Assembly: GCA_902535025.1 (NCBI GenBank)
Contig: CACARV010000001.1
Location: 4,161-68,160, forward strand
Direction of reading: 5' to 3'
Origin: an uncultured Prochlorococcus sp.
GTDB lineage: Bacteria > Cyanobacteriota > Cyanobacteriia > PCC-6307 > Cyanobiaceae
DNA: 64,000 nt
Shown: positions 33,700-44,909 of the stretch, one piece after another
Layout: every line of letters begins with the position of its first letter
Position numbering within the stretch: position 1 is the first letter of the stretch
The notes under the pieces: generated by a model
Told to the model about the DNA's origin: nothing
Databases searched by the model: none
The model's input: only the letters and a program-made list of their open reading frames with translations
Program-made: the position numbers and the translations under genes

Positions 33700-33832
33700 A
33701 GAGCAGGAAAAGCGGCAAAGTTCTTTTAAAAGAGGCCGCTTTTATTAGATCCAAAAAGAAATAATTTAGACGAAACCTCGGTAGGAATTAAAAATTTAGA
33801 ATAACTAAATAAACCTACTTTCTTTGGCCGTA
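33700..33832 (-). ncRNA. L10 leader (ribosomal protein autoregulatory RNA)
   Basis: Minus strand CCAAAGAAAGTAGG...TTAATTCCTACCGAGG resembles the L10-leader core; downstream hairpin AAAAGCGGC/GCCGCTTTT (33708-33743); lies between rplA and rplJ. Confidence 0.7.
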
Positions 33833-33863
33833 TTATTGCACTTTTAAATTATACTACAAAAGG

Positions 33864-34571
33864 TTAACCTTCAGGTTGGTAATCTTGTACGGCATTTATA
33901 TCTACTTGAACAGATGGTCCCATGGTTGAAGTTACATAAAAACTTTTCCAATACTTTCCTTTAGCTCCACTTGGTTTATTTTTATCAATTGATTCTTGTA
34001 ATGTTTTTAAATTGTCAAATAGCGCCTCTTTTGTAAAGCTTGCTTTCCCGAAGCGTACATGCACAATACCCGCTTTATCTGCTCTAAATTCGAGCTTACC
34101 AGCTTTGAATTCTTTTATTGCATTAGCAATATCACTAGTTACAGTTCCAGCTTTAGGATTAGGCATTAAACCTCTTGGTCCTAAAACCCTTCCTAATTTT
34201 GCAACCTTTGGCATCATATCTGGTGTTGCAATAAGAAGATCAAATTCCATATTTCCTTTGTTGATGCTTTCAACAAGATCCTCTTCTCCAAATAAATCTG
34301 CACCAGCAGACTTAGCTTTAGATACATTCTCTCCGCTTGTAATTACTGCGATTTTTATGCTTTGACCAGTACCATGCGGTAAAGCAACTGTGGTTCTTAA
34401 TTGTTGATCTGTATATTTTGGATCAATACCTAAACGTATATGCGCTTCAATAGTTTCATCAAATTTGGCATTGGCATTTTCCTTGATAATACCAAGGGCT
34501 TCAAGTGGAGCGTATATTCGGTCTTCTATCTTTGTTGATAGAGCCGCCATTCTTTTTGATAGTTTTTTCAT
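33864..34571 (-). CDS. rplA: 50S ribosomal protein L1
   Basis: [33 protein letters not shown]. Confidence 0.97.
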   Translation of the reverse strand: MKKLSKRMAALSTKIEDRIYAPLEALGIIKENANAKFDETIEAHIRLGIDPKYTDQQLRTTVALPHGTGQSIKIAVITSGENVSKAKSAGADLFGEEDLVESINKGNMEFDLLIATPDMMPKVAKLGRVLGPRGLMPNPKAGTVTSDIANAIKEFKAGKLEFRADKAGIVHVRFGKASFTKEALFDNLKTLQESIDKNKPSGAKGKYWKSFYVTSTMGPSVQVDINAVQDYQPEG

Positions 34572-34580
34572 AATAATTTT

Positions 34581-34610
34581 GGGTCCGAACGGTTATTAGC
34601 TAACCTCCCC
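34581..34610 (-). promoter_or_regulatory. Probable L1-binding mRNA element upstream of rplA
   Basis: Minus strand GGGGAG-GTTA-GCTAA-TAACC-GTTCGGA-CCC: two stems flanking an asymmetric purine-rich internal loop, 9 nt before the rplA ATG. Confidence 0.5.
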
Positions 34611-34636
34611 TAAAAAGTGAGTAATTTTTATTGAAC

Positions 34637-35062
34637 TCAATCAGTAACAGATACACCCATATTACGAGCAGTACCCTCGATTACTTTCATCGCTGATTCA
34701 ATACTAGAACAGTTTAGATCAGGAAGCTTAGTTTTGGCTATTTCTTCTAATTGAGATTTACTTATATTCCCAACAGAACCTTTTGCAGATTCACCTGATC
34801 CTTTCTCTATACCAGCAGCTTTAGTTATCAAGACAGAAGCAGGAGGAGTTTTTGTAATAAAAGTAAAGCTTCTATCTTCAAAAACGGAAATCTCAACTGG
34901 AATTACAAAACCAGCTTTATCTTGAGTCCTTGCATTGTATTCTTTACAAAATGCCATGATATTGACACCATGTTGGCCTAAGGCTGGCCCTACAGGAGGA
35001 GCAGGATTTGCTTTGCCTGCTTGAAGAGCAAGTTTTATAACTGCAACAATTTTTTTTGCCAT
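34637..35062 (-). CDS. rplK: 50S ribosomal protein L11
   Basis: [31 protein letters not shown]. Confidence 0.97.
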   Translation of the reverse strand: MAKKIVAVIKLALQAGKANPAPPVGPALGQHGVNIMAFCKEYNARTQDKAGFVIPVEISVFEDRSFTFITKTPPASVLITKAAGIEKGSGESAKGSVGNISKSQLEEIAKTKLPDLNCSSIESAMKVIEGTARNMGVSVTD

Positions 35063-35129
35063 TAGATTAGAAAAATTAAGCTGAGGTAGAAAAACATCAT
35101 TTTACTCGATAAACATGAACAAGTTGAAA

Positions 35130-35741
35130 TTAATTTTGTTTATTAATTTGTGAGAATTCTAATTCTACAGGAGTCTCGCGCCCAAATATGGAAAGTAATG
35201 CTTTTAATTTATTTCTTTCTCCAGAAACTTCTATAACTTCTCCTTGGAAATCCTTAAATGGGCCACTAGTTACGATGATTCTATCTTTTTCTTCAATATC
35301 TAACTTGATCACAGCTTTTTTCTCTGATGCCCTTTTAAAGATCCTATTAACTTCTTGTCTGGATAGTGGTCGAGGTTTAATATGGCCTCGTGATCTACCG
35401 CTACCTCTACCGTCTTCAGCACCAACAAAATTAATTACATTTGGAGTACTTTTTACAGCCATCATTGTATCTTCATCCAAAATCATTCTTACGAGGACAT
35501 AACCTGGGAAAACTTTTTCTTCAGTAGTTTGTCTAGTCCCATCTTTTTTTAATTTAATTCCAGGAGTTTGGGGAATTTCAATTTCTATGATTCGATTGTT
35601 AACCCCTAATGTTACTGATCTCTGCTCAAGAGTCGCCTTAACTTTTTTTTCACAGCTTGATGCTACTTGAACCGCATACCATCTTGCGATACTGGTATTT
35701 GCTTTTGGAGAAGAAACGTTTGTAGTCAATTCATTACTCAT
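35130..35741 (-). CDS. nusG: Transcription termination/antitermination factor NusG
   Basis: WYAVQVASSCEKKV, FPGYVLV, KOW motif SGPFKDFQG, FGRETPVEL. Confidence 0.96.
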   Translation of the reverse strand: MSNELTTNVSSPKANTSIARWYAVQVASSCEKKVKATLEQRSVTLGVNNRIIEIEIPQTPGIKLKKDGTRQTTEEKVFPGYVLVRMILDEDTMMAVKSTPNVINFVGAEDGRGSGRSRGHIKPRPLSRQEVNRIFKRASEKKAVIKLDIEEKDRIIVTSGPFKDFQGEVIEVSGERNKLKALLSIFGRETPVELEFSQINKQN

Positions 35742-35796
35742 TTTTTTCTTGAAGCTTAATTAAATTCTTTATAAAAATGGATATTAAGGGGATAAT

Positions 35797-36039
35797 TTAA
35801 CCAAAAATTTGGGAGGCTGCCCATCCATAGAATCTGCTGACAGATGCTATGGCTGCCGCAGAAAAGGATACCATAATTATAACCGCTACTGATTCACTAA
35901 AAAGTTGTTGCTTGTTTGGCCACACGACAAGTTTAAGCTCATCGTAGGTAGATCTAAAAAAATTATTCTTTTTTTTAGGCTCTTCTATTTCAGGAGAATC
36001 TTTTTTAGGAGATTCTTTATTAGTAGTAGGACTTGTCAC
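35797..36039 (-). CDS. secE: Preprotein translocase subunit SecE
   Basis: ELKLVVWP motif plus TM helix, directly upstream of nusG. Confidence 0.92.
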   Translation of the reverse strand: MTSPTTNKESPKKDSPEIEEPKKKNNFFRSTYDELKLVVWPNKQQLFSESVAVIIMVSFSAAAIASVSRFYGWAASQIFG

Positions 36040-36098
36040 AAGATTTTCTGGAATTCAGCATTTTGCTTTAATTTTATTTTAGCTTATTGATTTACTCC

Positions 36099-38849
36099 TC
36101 AGCTAGGTTTGAAAATAATCTCATCTTTATTAGCAGAGTTAAGTTTTATTGTGATATTTTTTTTGTTTTTAAAGTTATCCTCTAGAAGTTTTGCAGCCAA
36201 GGGGTTTTCTATTTGTCTTCTAAGTTCCCTGCTAAGTGGTCTAGCACCATATTCAGGTTCGTAAGAATCGTTTGCAATTTTACTAATAACTTTTTTGTCT
36301 ATTGCGATATTTATTTTCTGTTCAAGAAGCAAGTTTTTTAAATCTTCTGTTTGTAAAATTATAATTTTTTGAAGTTCATCAATAGATAATGGATCAAACT
36401 TTACTACTTCATCAATTCTATTTAAAAATTCCGGTCTAAAAATTGAAGACAATGTATTACTAATAGAATAATCAAGAGTTTGTTGATCTTTTTTTAACTT
36501 TTCTTCGCCTCTATCAATCTTTTGTGAGTACTCAAGTATAAATTTCCCAGCGAGGTTACTTGTCATGATTATTACCGTATTTTTGAAGTCTACAGTTCTT
36601 CCTTGAGAGTCCGTTAATCTACCTTCATCTAAGACTTGTAAAAGAATATTAAAAACTTCTGTATGTGCTTTTTCTATCTCGTCAAGAAGTATTACTGAGT
36701 AGGGTTTGCGTCTTACAGCTTCAGTTAATTGTCCTCCCTCTTCGTAACCAACATAACCCGGAGGAGCTCCCAAAAGTCGTGCTACTGCATTTTTCTCCAT
36801 ATATTCACTCATGTCTAATCTTAAAAGTGCCTCTTCTTCATCAAATAAAGCTGATGCAAGAGATTTCGCTAATTCTGTTTTACCAACACCTGTTGGCCCC
36901 ATAAATAAAAACGATCCAATAGGTCTTTTAGGACTTTTCATGCCAACGCGAGCTCTTCTAATTGCAGCTGAAACAACTGCTATAGCTTTTTCTTGTCCAA
37001 TAACTTTTTCACTTAATTCTGCTTCTAGATTCACTAATTTCTTGCGTTCATTTGAAACTACTTTAGAAATTGGAATTCCTGTTATTTTAGAAATAACATC
37101 GGCAATATCATCAGGTTCAACTTGATATTTAAAAGGAAAATTCTTACTTTTCTTTATTTTATTAAAGTTTCCTTCAACCTCTTTAATTTCATTCTCTACT
37201 TCACTTAACTCTTCTTCAAGCTCCTCTAAAAAATCAAAATCATTTTCAAACTCTTGATTTGATTTGTCTCTAATTTGTCTGGTTAGTTTATCTTCTTCTT
37301 TCATCAAAATAGATAATCGCTCCATTTCGCGGCGCATATTATCCCAAGAATCTAAAAGAATATTTAATTTTGACTCTGATTGTTGCTTCGTATTCAATAG
37401 TTTTTCTTGAGCTTCGATATTTTCAACTTGTAAATTATTGAGTTTTTCATCAATTGATTGAATTTTGTTTTCTTGTTGGAGAATTATTTGAGGCTTGTTA
37501 TTAGATTCGATTTTTAATTGTGCAGCTGCTTCATCAATTAAATCTATTGCTTTATCAGGGAGACATTTATCGCTAATGTATCTGTCGGCTAATTTTGCAG
37601 AATAATTCACAGCGTCTTCAGAAATTCTTATGCCATGATGTGATTCATATTTCTTTTTGATGCCTTGCAGTATTTTTGCACTCAATTCTACTGAAGGCTC
37701 ATTAACTGTTATCTTTTGAAAGCAATTATTCAATGCCTGATCTTTTTCAATAGTTTCACGAAATTTCTCAGGTGTTGTTGTGCCAATGCATCTAAGTTCT
37801 CCTTCAGCTAGTAAAGGCTTTAAGATATTACTGATATCTGCAGTAGATCTGTCAGAACTTAATATTGAGTGGATTTCATCAATAAATAAAATCATTCCTT
37901 GGCTTGGGTCGTTTAGTTCATGCAGTATTAAGCTTAATCGTTCTTCTAGTTGACCTCTAAATTTTGTCCCAGAAACTAATGCCCCTAAGTCGAGTGAGAT
38001 GATCTTAAGGTCTTTTAAAGAATCAGGAACTTTTTTATTTACAATTAACTGTGCGAGTAATTTCGCAATTGAGGTTTTACCTACTCCAGGATTGCCGATA
38101 AGTATGGGATTATTTTTGCTTCTTCTACAGAGTACTCTCATTAAATTATTGATCTCATTTTCTCTTCCTATAACAGGATCCAGTAAACCTTTTTTAGCTG
38201 ATTCTGTTAAATCTTTTCCATAAATTGAAAGAGCTTTTTCATCTTTTCCAACTTCTTTTTTTGTTTCAATTTGAAGTTCACTTTTAGGTAATTTAACGAT
38301 AGCTTTTTCTAATTGTTCTTCTTTGGCTAAAGTCTCTATATTTGTTTCAAGATTAGATTTATTATTTATCTTAATTTCGTTATTAACTGAATCTTTTGAT
38401 TGATTAATATTTGGGAAAAATTTTAATTCTTCTTCTAATTTTTCTATTGAAAGATTTCCTTCTTGAAAAACATAATTACCAATTCTTAAATCTCTTCCAA
38501 GAGCAATTAGTAAATGAGGGATTTCTATTAATTTAGATCCCCATTGGATTTTAATCTGATTTGCATTATCTAATAAAATCTCTAAATCTTCTCCGATGGT
38601 AAAAATATCTGACTCATTTGTGGGAGTTTCTTCTAAAAAATCTTCTGTTATATCTAAAACAATATTATGGTCTAGGGATAATTTTTCAATGAACGCATGA
38701 AATTCACTTGATGAAAACAATGTATGAATTATGTGTTCAATATTAAACTCGCTATGATCCCACTTTTTTGCTGTTTCTTCCCCTAAAAGGAGAAGATTCC
38801 AACTTATATCGCTAAAAAGTTCAGGACTGGATGTAAGGGTTTCTCTCAT
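36099..38849 (-). CDS. clpB: ClpB-family AAA+ chaperone (ClpB2-like paralogue)
   Basis: Two NBDs (GNPGVGKT, GPTGVGKT), coiled-coil middle domain, DMSEYME, GYVGY, GARPL. Confidence 0.88.
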   Translation of the reverse strand: MRETLTSSPELFSDISWNLLLLGEETAKKWDHSEFNIEHIIHTLFSSSEFHAFIEKLSLDHNIVLDITEDFLEETPTNESDIFTIGEDLEILLDNANQIKIQWGSKLIEIPHLLIALGRDLRIGNYVFQEGNLSIEKLEEELKFFPNINQSKDSVNNEIKINNKSNLETNIETLAKEEQLEKAIVKLPKSELQIETKKEVGKDEKALSIYGKDLTESAKKGLLDPVIGRENEINNLMRVLCRRSKNNPILIGNPGVGKTSIAKLLAQLIVNKKVPDSLKDLKIISLDLGALVSGTKFRGQLEERLSLILHELNDPSQGMILFIDEIHSILSSDRSTADISNILKPLLAEGELRCIGTTTPEKFRETIEKDQALNNCFQKITVNEPSVELSAKILQGIKKKYESHHGIRISEDAVNYSAKLADRYISDKCLPDKAIDLIDEAAAQLKIESNNKPQIILQQENKIQSIDEKLNNLQVENIEAQEKLLNTKQQSESKLNILLDSWDNMRREMERLSILMKEEDKLTRQIRDKSNQEFENDFDFLEELEEELSEVENEIKEVEGNFNKIKKSKNFPFKYQVEPDDIADVISKITGIPISKVVSNERKKLVNLEAELSEKVIGQEKAIAVVSAAIRRARVGMKSPKRPIGSFLFMGPTGVGKTELAKSLASALFDEEEALLRLDMSEYMEKNAVARLLGAPPGYVGYEEGGQLTEAVRRKPYSVILLDEIEKAHTEVFNILLQVLDEGRLTDSQGRTVDFKNTVIIMTSNLAGKFILEYSQKIDRGEEKLKKDQQTLDYSISNTLSSIFRPEFLNRIDEVVKFDPLSIDELQKIIILQTEDLKNLLLEQKINIAIDKKVISKIANDSYEPEYGARPLSRELRRQIENPLAAKLLEDNFKNKKNITIKLNSANKDEIIFKPS

Positions 38850-39109
38850 AAACTATAAAAACTATAGTTGATTATTAATTAATATTCTAAATAGAATATG
38901 CATTAATAATCATCCAACAGTATTCAAATTGTAAGATGGAATTGAGAAAAATGTTTATGAAGGGTATGGTTCAGATTTTGAGTTTAAAAAAAAGTATTAA
39001 TTTATATCTGAGTTTTTCTTAAATCAAAAATTATATTTGTTTAACATATATATTTCAGATATTAGCCAAATAGTTCAGCTATTAATAGGATTTAAATAGT
39101 AATAATTAA

Positions 39110-40405
<1,296 letters not shown>

Positions 40406-40410
40406 TATTT

Positions 40411-42078
40411 TTAGCGCTTAAGTTTCTCTAAACGTGAGCCTTTCCTCATACTTAATTGGCACTTTATCCAATCAATACTTATGGGTAGTGCAAAAAATAA
40501 TGGTAATAATGCTAAATTGTTTTGTTTATTTGTTACGAGTAATGCCGATGCAATTGATAAGCTTCCTATAAGAATTGAATGGCCTAATGTTTTTTGAGCA
40601 GTAAACATTTTTTTGAATTGTCTATCAGACTCTCCCATCCTTATCTGCAATTGTAAATCGCCCTGCTCTAATCTTTCTAAACTTTCATCTATTCTTTTTG
40701 GGATGCCTACAGCTTTGGATCCTAGTTCACCTACTTGTCTTCCTAATTGATTAATCATATCGTTAGGTGTTTGATTATTAGAAGTCATAAGTTCTATTAA
40801 ATAAGGCTTGGTAACTGATACAAGATTAAAACTTGGGTCAAGCATTCTGCCAACTCCTTCAAAAGTTGATAAAGCTCTCATTACAAATATTAGATCTACC
40901 GGGAGTTGAAATGGTGTTTCATAAACAAGTTCGTATAAATCTCCAGATAATTTTTCAATAATGTTTGGACTAAATGGTGGAGTTAAAGCTTCTTTAAGCA
41001 TTAACCTTACTAACCTTCTGACTGGTCCTATATCAATATCTTTTGAAATTAGGCCAGCTTCTTGTAATTGAATTACAAGTGATGAGGCATCTCTTAAAGC
41101 GGCAGCCTTAACCATTGCCCCTAAGCTTGTTTGAAGTTTGTTTGAGATATTGCCCATCATCCCAAAATCATAAAAAATCAATTTTCCTTTATTTGAAACT
41201 GCTAGATTCCCTGGATGTGGATCTGCATGAAAAAAACCATAATTTACTAATTGTTTTAGGTAGCTAATAGCACCTATTTCTGCAATTTTTGGCAAATCAA
41301 TTTCTTTGGATTGTAATTTTTCTAAATCGCTTATTTTTGTGCCTTCGAGATAACTTAAACAAAGCACTTTTTCACTGCTCATATCCCAAATTACTTCAGG
41401 AACTTCAACATATTCATCATCAAGAAATTGCTGTCTAAATCTTGCTGCGTATTGTGCTTCACAATTAAAATCAAGCTCCTTCATTAGAACTTTCCTGCAC
41501 TCTTTAGCGATCTCAACCCAATTTCTACCACGACTCCAATTCTTGTTTTTCTGCAATAATCCTGCTATTTGTTGCATTATTCCTAAATCGATAATAAATA
41601 ATTCTTTTAAACTGGGTCTTTGAACTTTAAATACTACTTTTTTACCATTTTTCAAAGTTGCCCTATGAACCTGAGCTAGTGATGCTGATCCTACCGGATC
41701 ACATATTATTTGATCTATTTCATTGAACTTTGTGCCTAATGCTTCTCTAATAGTTTCTTCAACTTGTTTAAATGAAAAATTAGGAACTTGATCCTGTAAT
41801 TTCGATAATTCTTTTATCCAGGTATTAGGAATTAAATCAGGTCTCGCAGATAATAATTGTCCAATTTTAATAAATGCAGAACCAAGCTTAATTAATTGAT
41901 TAGTAAACCACTTTGCTCGTTTAATTTGGACTCTTCTTTTTTTATTAGTCTTAGTTTGGAAAATTGTAAATCTTAGATTATCAAGCCACAGATACATCAA
42001 AAGCGAAATCAGGGTTATCCAAATAAGAAAGGCCCTCTTCAATTTTTTAAAACGATCATGAAGAATGCGAAAACTCAT
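40411..42078 (-). CDS. ABC1/UbiB-family atypical kinase
   Basis: FIKIGQLLSARPDL, SASLAQVH, KVQRP, FFHADPHPGN, DFGM. Confidence 0.9.
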   Translation of the reverse strand: MSFRILHDRFKKLKRAFLIWITLISLLMYLWLDNLRFTIFQTKTNKKRRVQIKRAKWFTNQLIKLGSAFIKIGQLLSARPDLIPNTWIKELSKLQDQVPNFSFKQVEETIREALGTKFNEIDQIICDPVGSASLAQVHRATLKNGKKVVFKVQRPSLKELFIIDLGIMQQIAGLLQKNKNWSRGRNWVEIAKECRKVLMKELDFNCEAQYAARFRQQFLDDEYVEVPEVIWDMSSEKVLCLSYLEGTKISDLEKLQSKEIDLPKIAEIGAISYLKQLVNYGFFHADPHPGNLAVSNKGKLIFYDFGMMGNISNKLQTSLGAMVKAAALRDASSLVIQLQEAGLISKDIDIGPVRRLVRLMLKEALTPPFSPNIIEKLSGDLYELVYETPFQLPVDLIFVMRALSTFEGVGRMLDPSFNLVSVTKPYLIELMTSNNQTPNDMINQLGRQVGELGSKAVGIPKRIDESLERLEQGDLQLQIRMGESDRQFKKMFTAQKTLGHSILIGSLSIASALLVTNKQNNLALLPLFFALPISIDWIKCQLSMRKGSRLEKLKR

Positions 42079-42392
42079 TTAATTTGATTATTTATCGTGT
42101 TATTGAATAGTTCAATTTGCTTGTTAATGCCTTCAATTTCATTTAAAGCCTTTTTAATTTTTGAATTTTGATCAGTATTTGTTTTTTCATTTTCTTGGAT
42201 ATTCTCTGCTTTTTCCATTCTGGAGGCTTCTTCGATTATGGATTCCTTTAAATTATCAAATTCTTTTTTGAGTATTTCAGGAGCATCCTGAGCAATATTT
42301 GTTGCTTCTTCAATTTTTTCAACTAGAATCTCGTTTAATTTTTCTGTTACTTTTTTAATGGCCGCTTTTAAAAGGTAATCGGAGGTTTTCAT
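42075..42392 (-). CDS. Hypothetical coiled-coil protein coupled to the ABC1 kinase
   Basis: 105-aa helical ORF with ATGA overlap onto the kinase start. Confidence 0.65.
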   Translation of the reverse strand: MKTSDYLLKAAIKKVTEKLNEILVEKIEEATNIAQDAPEILKKEFDNLKESIIEEASRMEKAENIQENEKTNTDQNSKIKKALNEIEGINKQIELFNNTINNQIK

Positions 42393-42642
42393 AAAAAATA
42401 TATTGTTTCTGAAGCAATGAATTTATTCAACATGTTCTAATAATAAATCAATACAGAACATTTCAGGTAACTTACTATTTTGATAATTTAATTTTTTATT
42501 TTTCCTATGTAAGTTTGTTTCTATATTAAGCTTTTTTCTTTTTTTTCTTATAACTTATATCTATACAGGTTAGGAATTTACATTAAAGATATCTTCTAAC
42601 CAAAAACTCATCTAATTCACTAGTAAAAGGAGTTTTATTAAA

Positions 42643-43599
42643 TTGGAAATCATTGAGTCAGATGTAGTCATTATCGGAGGAGGTCCAGCAGGATGCACTT
42701 GCGCACTTTATACATCTCGTTCAAACTTAAAGACTGTAATTTTAGATAAAAATCCATCTGTTGGAGCCTTAGCAATAACTCATCAAATAGCTAATTATCC
42801 AGGTGTTCCAGTTGATATAAGTGGTGAGAAATTACTTACTCTAATGAGAGAACAGGCTGTACAATACGGTACAGACTATAGAAGAGCACAAGTTTTTGGA
42901 ATAGACGCAAGTGGAGAGTGGAAAATTGTTTATACGCCTGAGGGCACTTTCAAGGCTAAAGCACTTGTTCTTGCAAGTGGAGCTATGGGTAGGCCTGCAT
43001 CATTTAAGGGCGAAGCGGATTTTCTTGGCAAAGGAGTAAGTTATTGTGCTACATGTGATGGAGCTTTTTATAAAAATAGAGAAGTTGCCGTTGTTGGAGT
43101 GAACAAGGAGGCAATTGAAGAAGCAACTGTTTTAACTAAATTTGCATCAACTGTACATTGGATTACATCAAGTGATCCTAAGTCAGATAATGAAGAAGCT
43201 ATGGAATTGATGGATAATTCAAATATAAAACATTGGAGTAGAACAAGATTATTGGAAATATTGGGTGATGACATGGGTGTAAATGGGGTTGTTGTAAAAA
43301 ATAAACAGGAAGAAAATCCTATCAATTTGAATTTAGATGGAGTTTTTGTCTATATGAGTGGTTCAAAGCCAATTACTGATTTTTTAGGGGATCAAATTGC
43401 CTTGAAAGAAGACGGAGGTGTAATTGTGGATGACTTTATGTCTACAAACTCTGATGGAGTATGGGCTATTGGAGATATAAGAAATACACCATTCAAGCAG
43501 GCTGTTGTTGCTGCTTCTGATGGATGTATTGCCGCAATGTCAATTGATAGATATTTAAATAGTAGAAAAAATATAAGAGTAGATTGGATTCATTCTTAA
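42643..43599 (+). CDS. trxB: Flavin thioredoxin reductase, probably ferredoxin-dependent (DTR/FFTR type)
   Basis: GGGPAG FAD motif, CATCD, AIGD; NADPH motifs degenerate; C-terminal VDW tail; SD AAGGAG before TTG start. Confidence 0.8.
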   Translation: MEIIESDVVIIGGGPAGCTCALYTSRSNLKTVILDKNPSVGALAITHQIANYPGVPVDISGEKLLTLMREQAVQYGTDYRRAQVFGIDASGEWKIVYTPEGTFKAKALVLASGAMGRPASFKGEADFLGKGVSYCATCDGAFYKNREVAVVGVNKEAIEEATVLTKFASTVHWITSSDPKSDNEEAMELMDNSNIKHWSRTRLLEILGDDMGVNGVVVKNKQEENPINLNLDGVFVYMSGSKPITDFLGDQIALKEDGGVIVDDFMSTNSDGVWAIGDIRNTPFKQAVVAASDGCIAAMSIDRYLNSRKNIRVDWIHS

Positions 43600-43620
43600 A
43601 ATAAAGATCTCTTATTTGAT

Positions 43621-43902
43621 TTAAAGAGGTATTGCTTCAGAAATATAAGCGACTCCCCCGTAGTAACTTAAATCATCCCTTATGTTGTCTCTTATTTTAT
43701 CTATTAATTCTTGCTCACAAAAAACAATGACGTGAGCATTGGATCCTAATCCTGTAAATTCCATATCTTCAGTTACAACTCTTTCAGGCCCTCTGCCTGT
43801 GGCATGTTTCATAACTGTATATCCAGGAACATTTGCATTTTCTAATGTTTTAATGATTGCATCAAGCTCTCTTTCACTAAATATTAGGTCTAATCTTTTC
43901 AT
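43621..43902 (-). CDS. sbtB: PII-like regulator of bicarbonate transporter
   Basis: PII-like GYTVMKHATGRG motif; immediately downstream of sbtA. Confidence 0.8.
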   Translation of the reverse strand: MKRLDLIFSERELDAIIKTLENANVPGYTVMKHATGRGPERVVTEDMEFTGLGSNAHVIVFCEQELIDKIRDNIRDDLSYYGGVAYISEAIPL

Positions 43903-43904
43903 TT

Positions 43905-44903
43905 TTATAAAGGGGAAAGTGGGATAATGGAATTAACTAAAGTCATATAAATAGGAATGCCAAGAACTATATTGAACGGGAAAGTTAAACCTAGTGTTGT
44001 TGAAATATAAAAACTAGATTTAGCTTCTGGAACTGTCATCCTCATAGCTGCAGGAACTGCTAAATATGAGGCGCTTGCACATAAAACCACAAATAAAAGT
44101 GCGTTGCCAGGTTCTAAAGATAAAAACCTTGCAACAAAAACACCTATAAATGCATTAAATAGAGGCATGAAAATTGCAAAGCCAATCAAAAATGAACCAG
44201 CATTTTTCAGCCTAGGCAATCTTTGAGCAGCAACTATTCCCATATCTAACAAGAAAAAGCATTCTGCTCCATAGAATAATTGTCCAGTAAATGGCTCCAT
44301 TTTTGTAATCCCAGAGGGATTACTAGAAGCAGTCAGAAATCCTACAATTAAGCTTGAAAGCAATAAATACACTGAACCATTTAAAAATGATTCATGTAGT
44401 ATTGCACTTAGATGCATTTTTCTTGATTTTGGCCTATTTTTTGGAGCAGCAAATTTTACTAATAATAATCCCACAATTATTGCAGGAGATTCCATTAAAG
44501 CTAAGGCACCAACCATAAATCCATCAAAAACTATTTTTTGACTTTCTAAAAAACTTTCTGCGGAAATAAACGTAACAGCACTTATTGAACCGTATGCCGC
44601 CGCTATTGCCGCTGAATTAAAGACATCAAACTTAAATCTTAAAATTAAAAATCCAATCAATGGGATTACCAGTGACATTAGTATGGCAGCGCTTAAAGTC
44701 GGCAATACTTGATCAGTAAAACCACTTTTCTGAATCTCTATACCTCCCTTAAAGCCAATAGCCAAAAGCAGATATAATGAGAAGAGTTTAGGTAATGGAG
44801 CTGGTATTTCTAAATCAGATTTAAAGAGTACTGATATTGCTCCAATCAAAAAGAAAAGAACTGGGGGGGCTAATACATTTTGCAGAATTGGATTTATTTC
44901 CAT
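43905..44903 (-). CDS. sbtA: Sodium-dependent bicarbonate transporter, SbtA family
   Basis: KSDLEIP, IGFKGG, YGSISAVTF, MESPAII, SASYLAVPAAMR, TFPFNI. Confidence 0.85.
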   Translation of the reverse strand: MEINPILQNVLAPPVLFFLIGAISVLFKSDLEIPAPLPKLFSLYLLLAIGFKGGIEIQKSGFTDQVLPTLSAAILMSLVIPLIGFLILRFKFDVFNSAAIAAAYGSISAVTFISAESFLESQKIVFDGFMVGALALMESPAIIVGLLLVKFAAPKNRPKSRKMHLSAILHESFLNGSVYLLLSSLIVGFLTASSNPSGITKMEPFTGQLFYGAECFFLLDMGIVAAQRLPRLKNAGSFLIGFAIFMPLFNAFIGVFVARFLSLEPGNALLFVVLCASASYLAVPAAMRMTVPEAKSSFYISTTLGLTFPFNIVLGIPIYMTLVNSIIPLSPL

Positions 44904-44909
44904 AAATTA

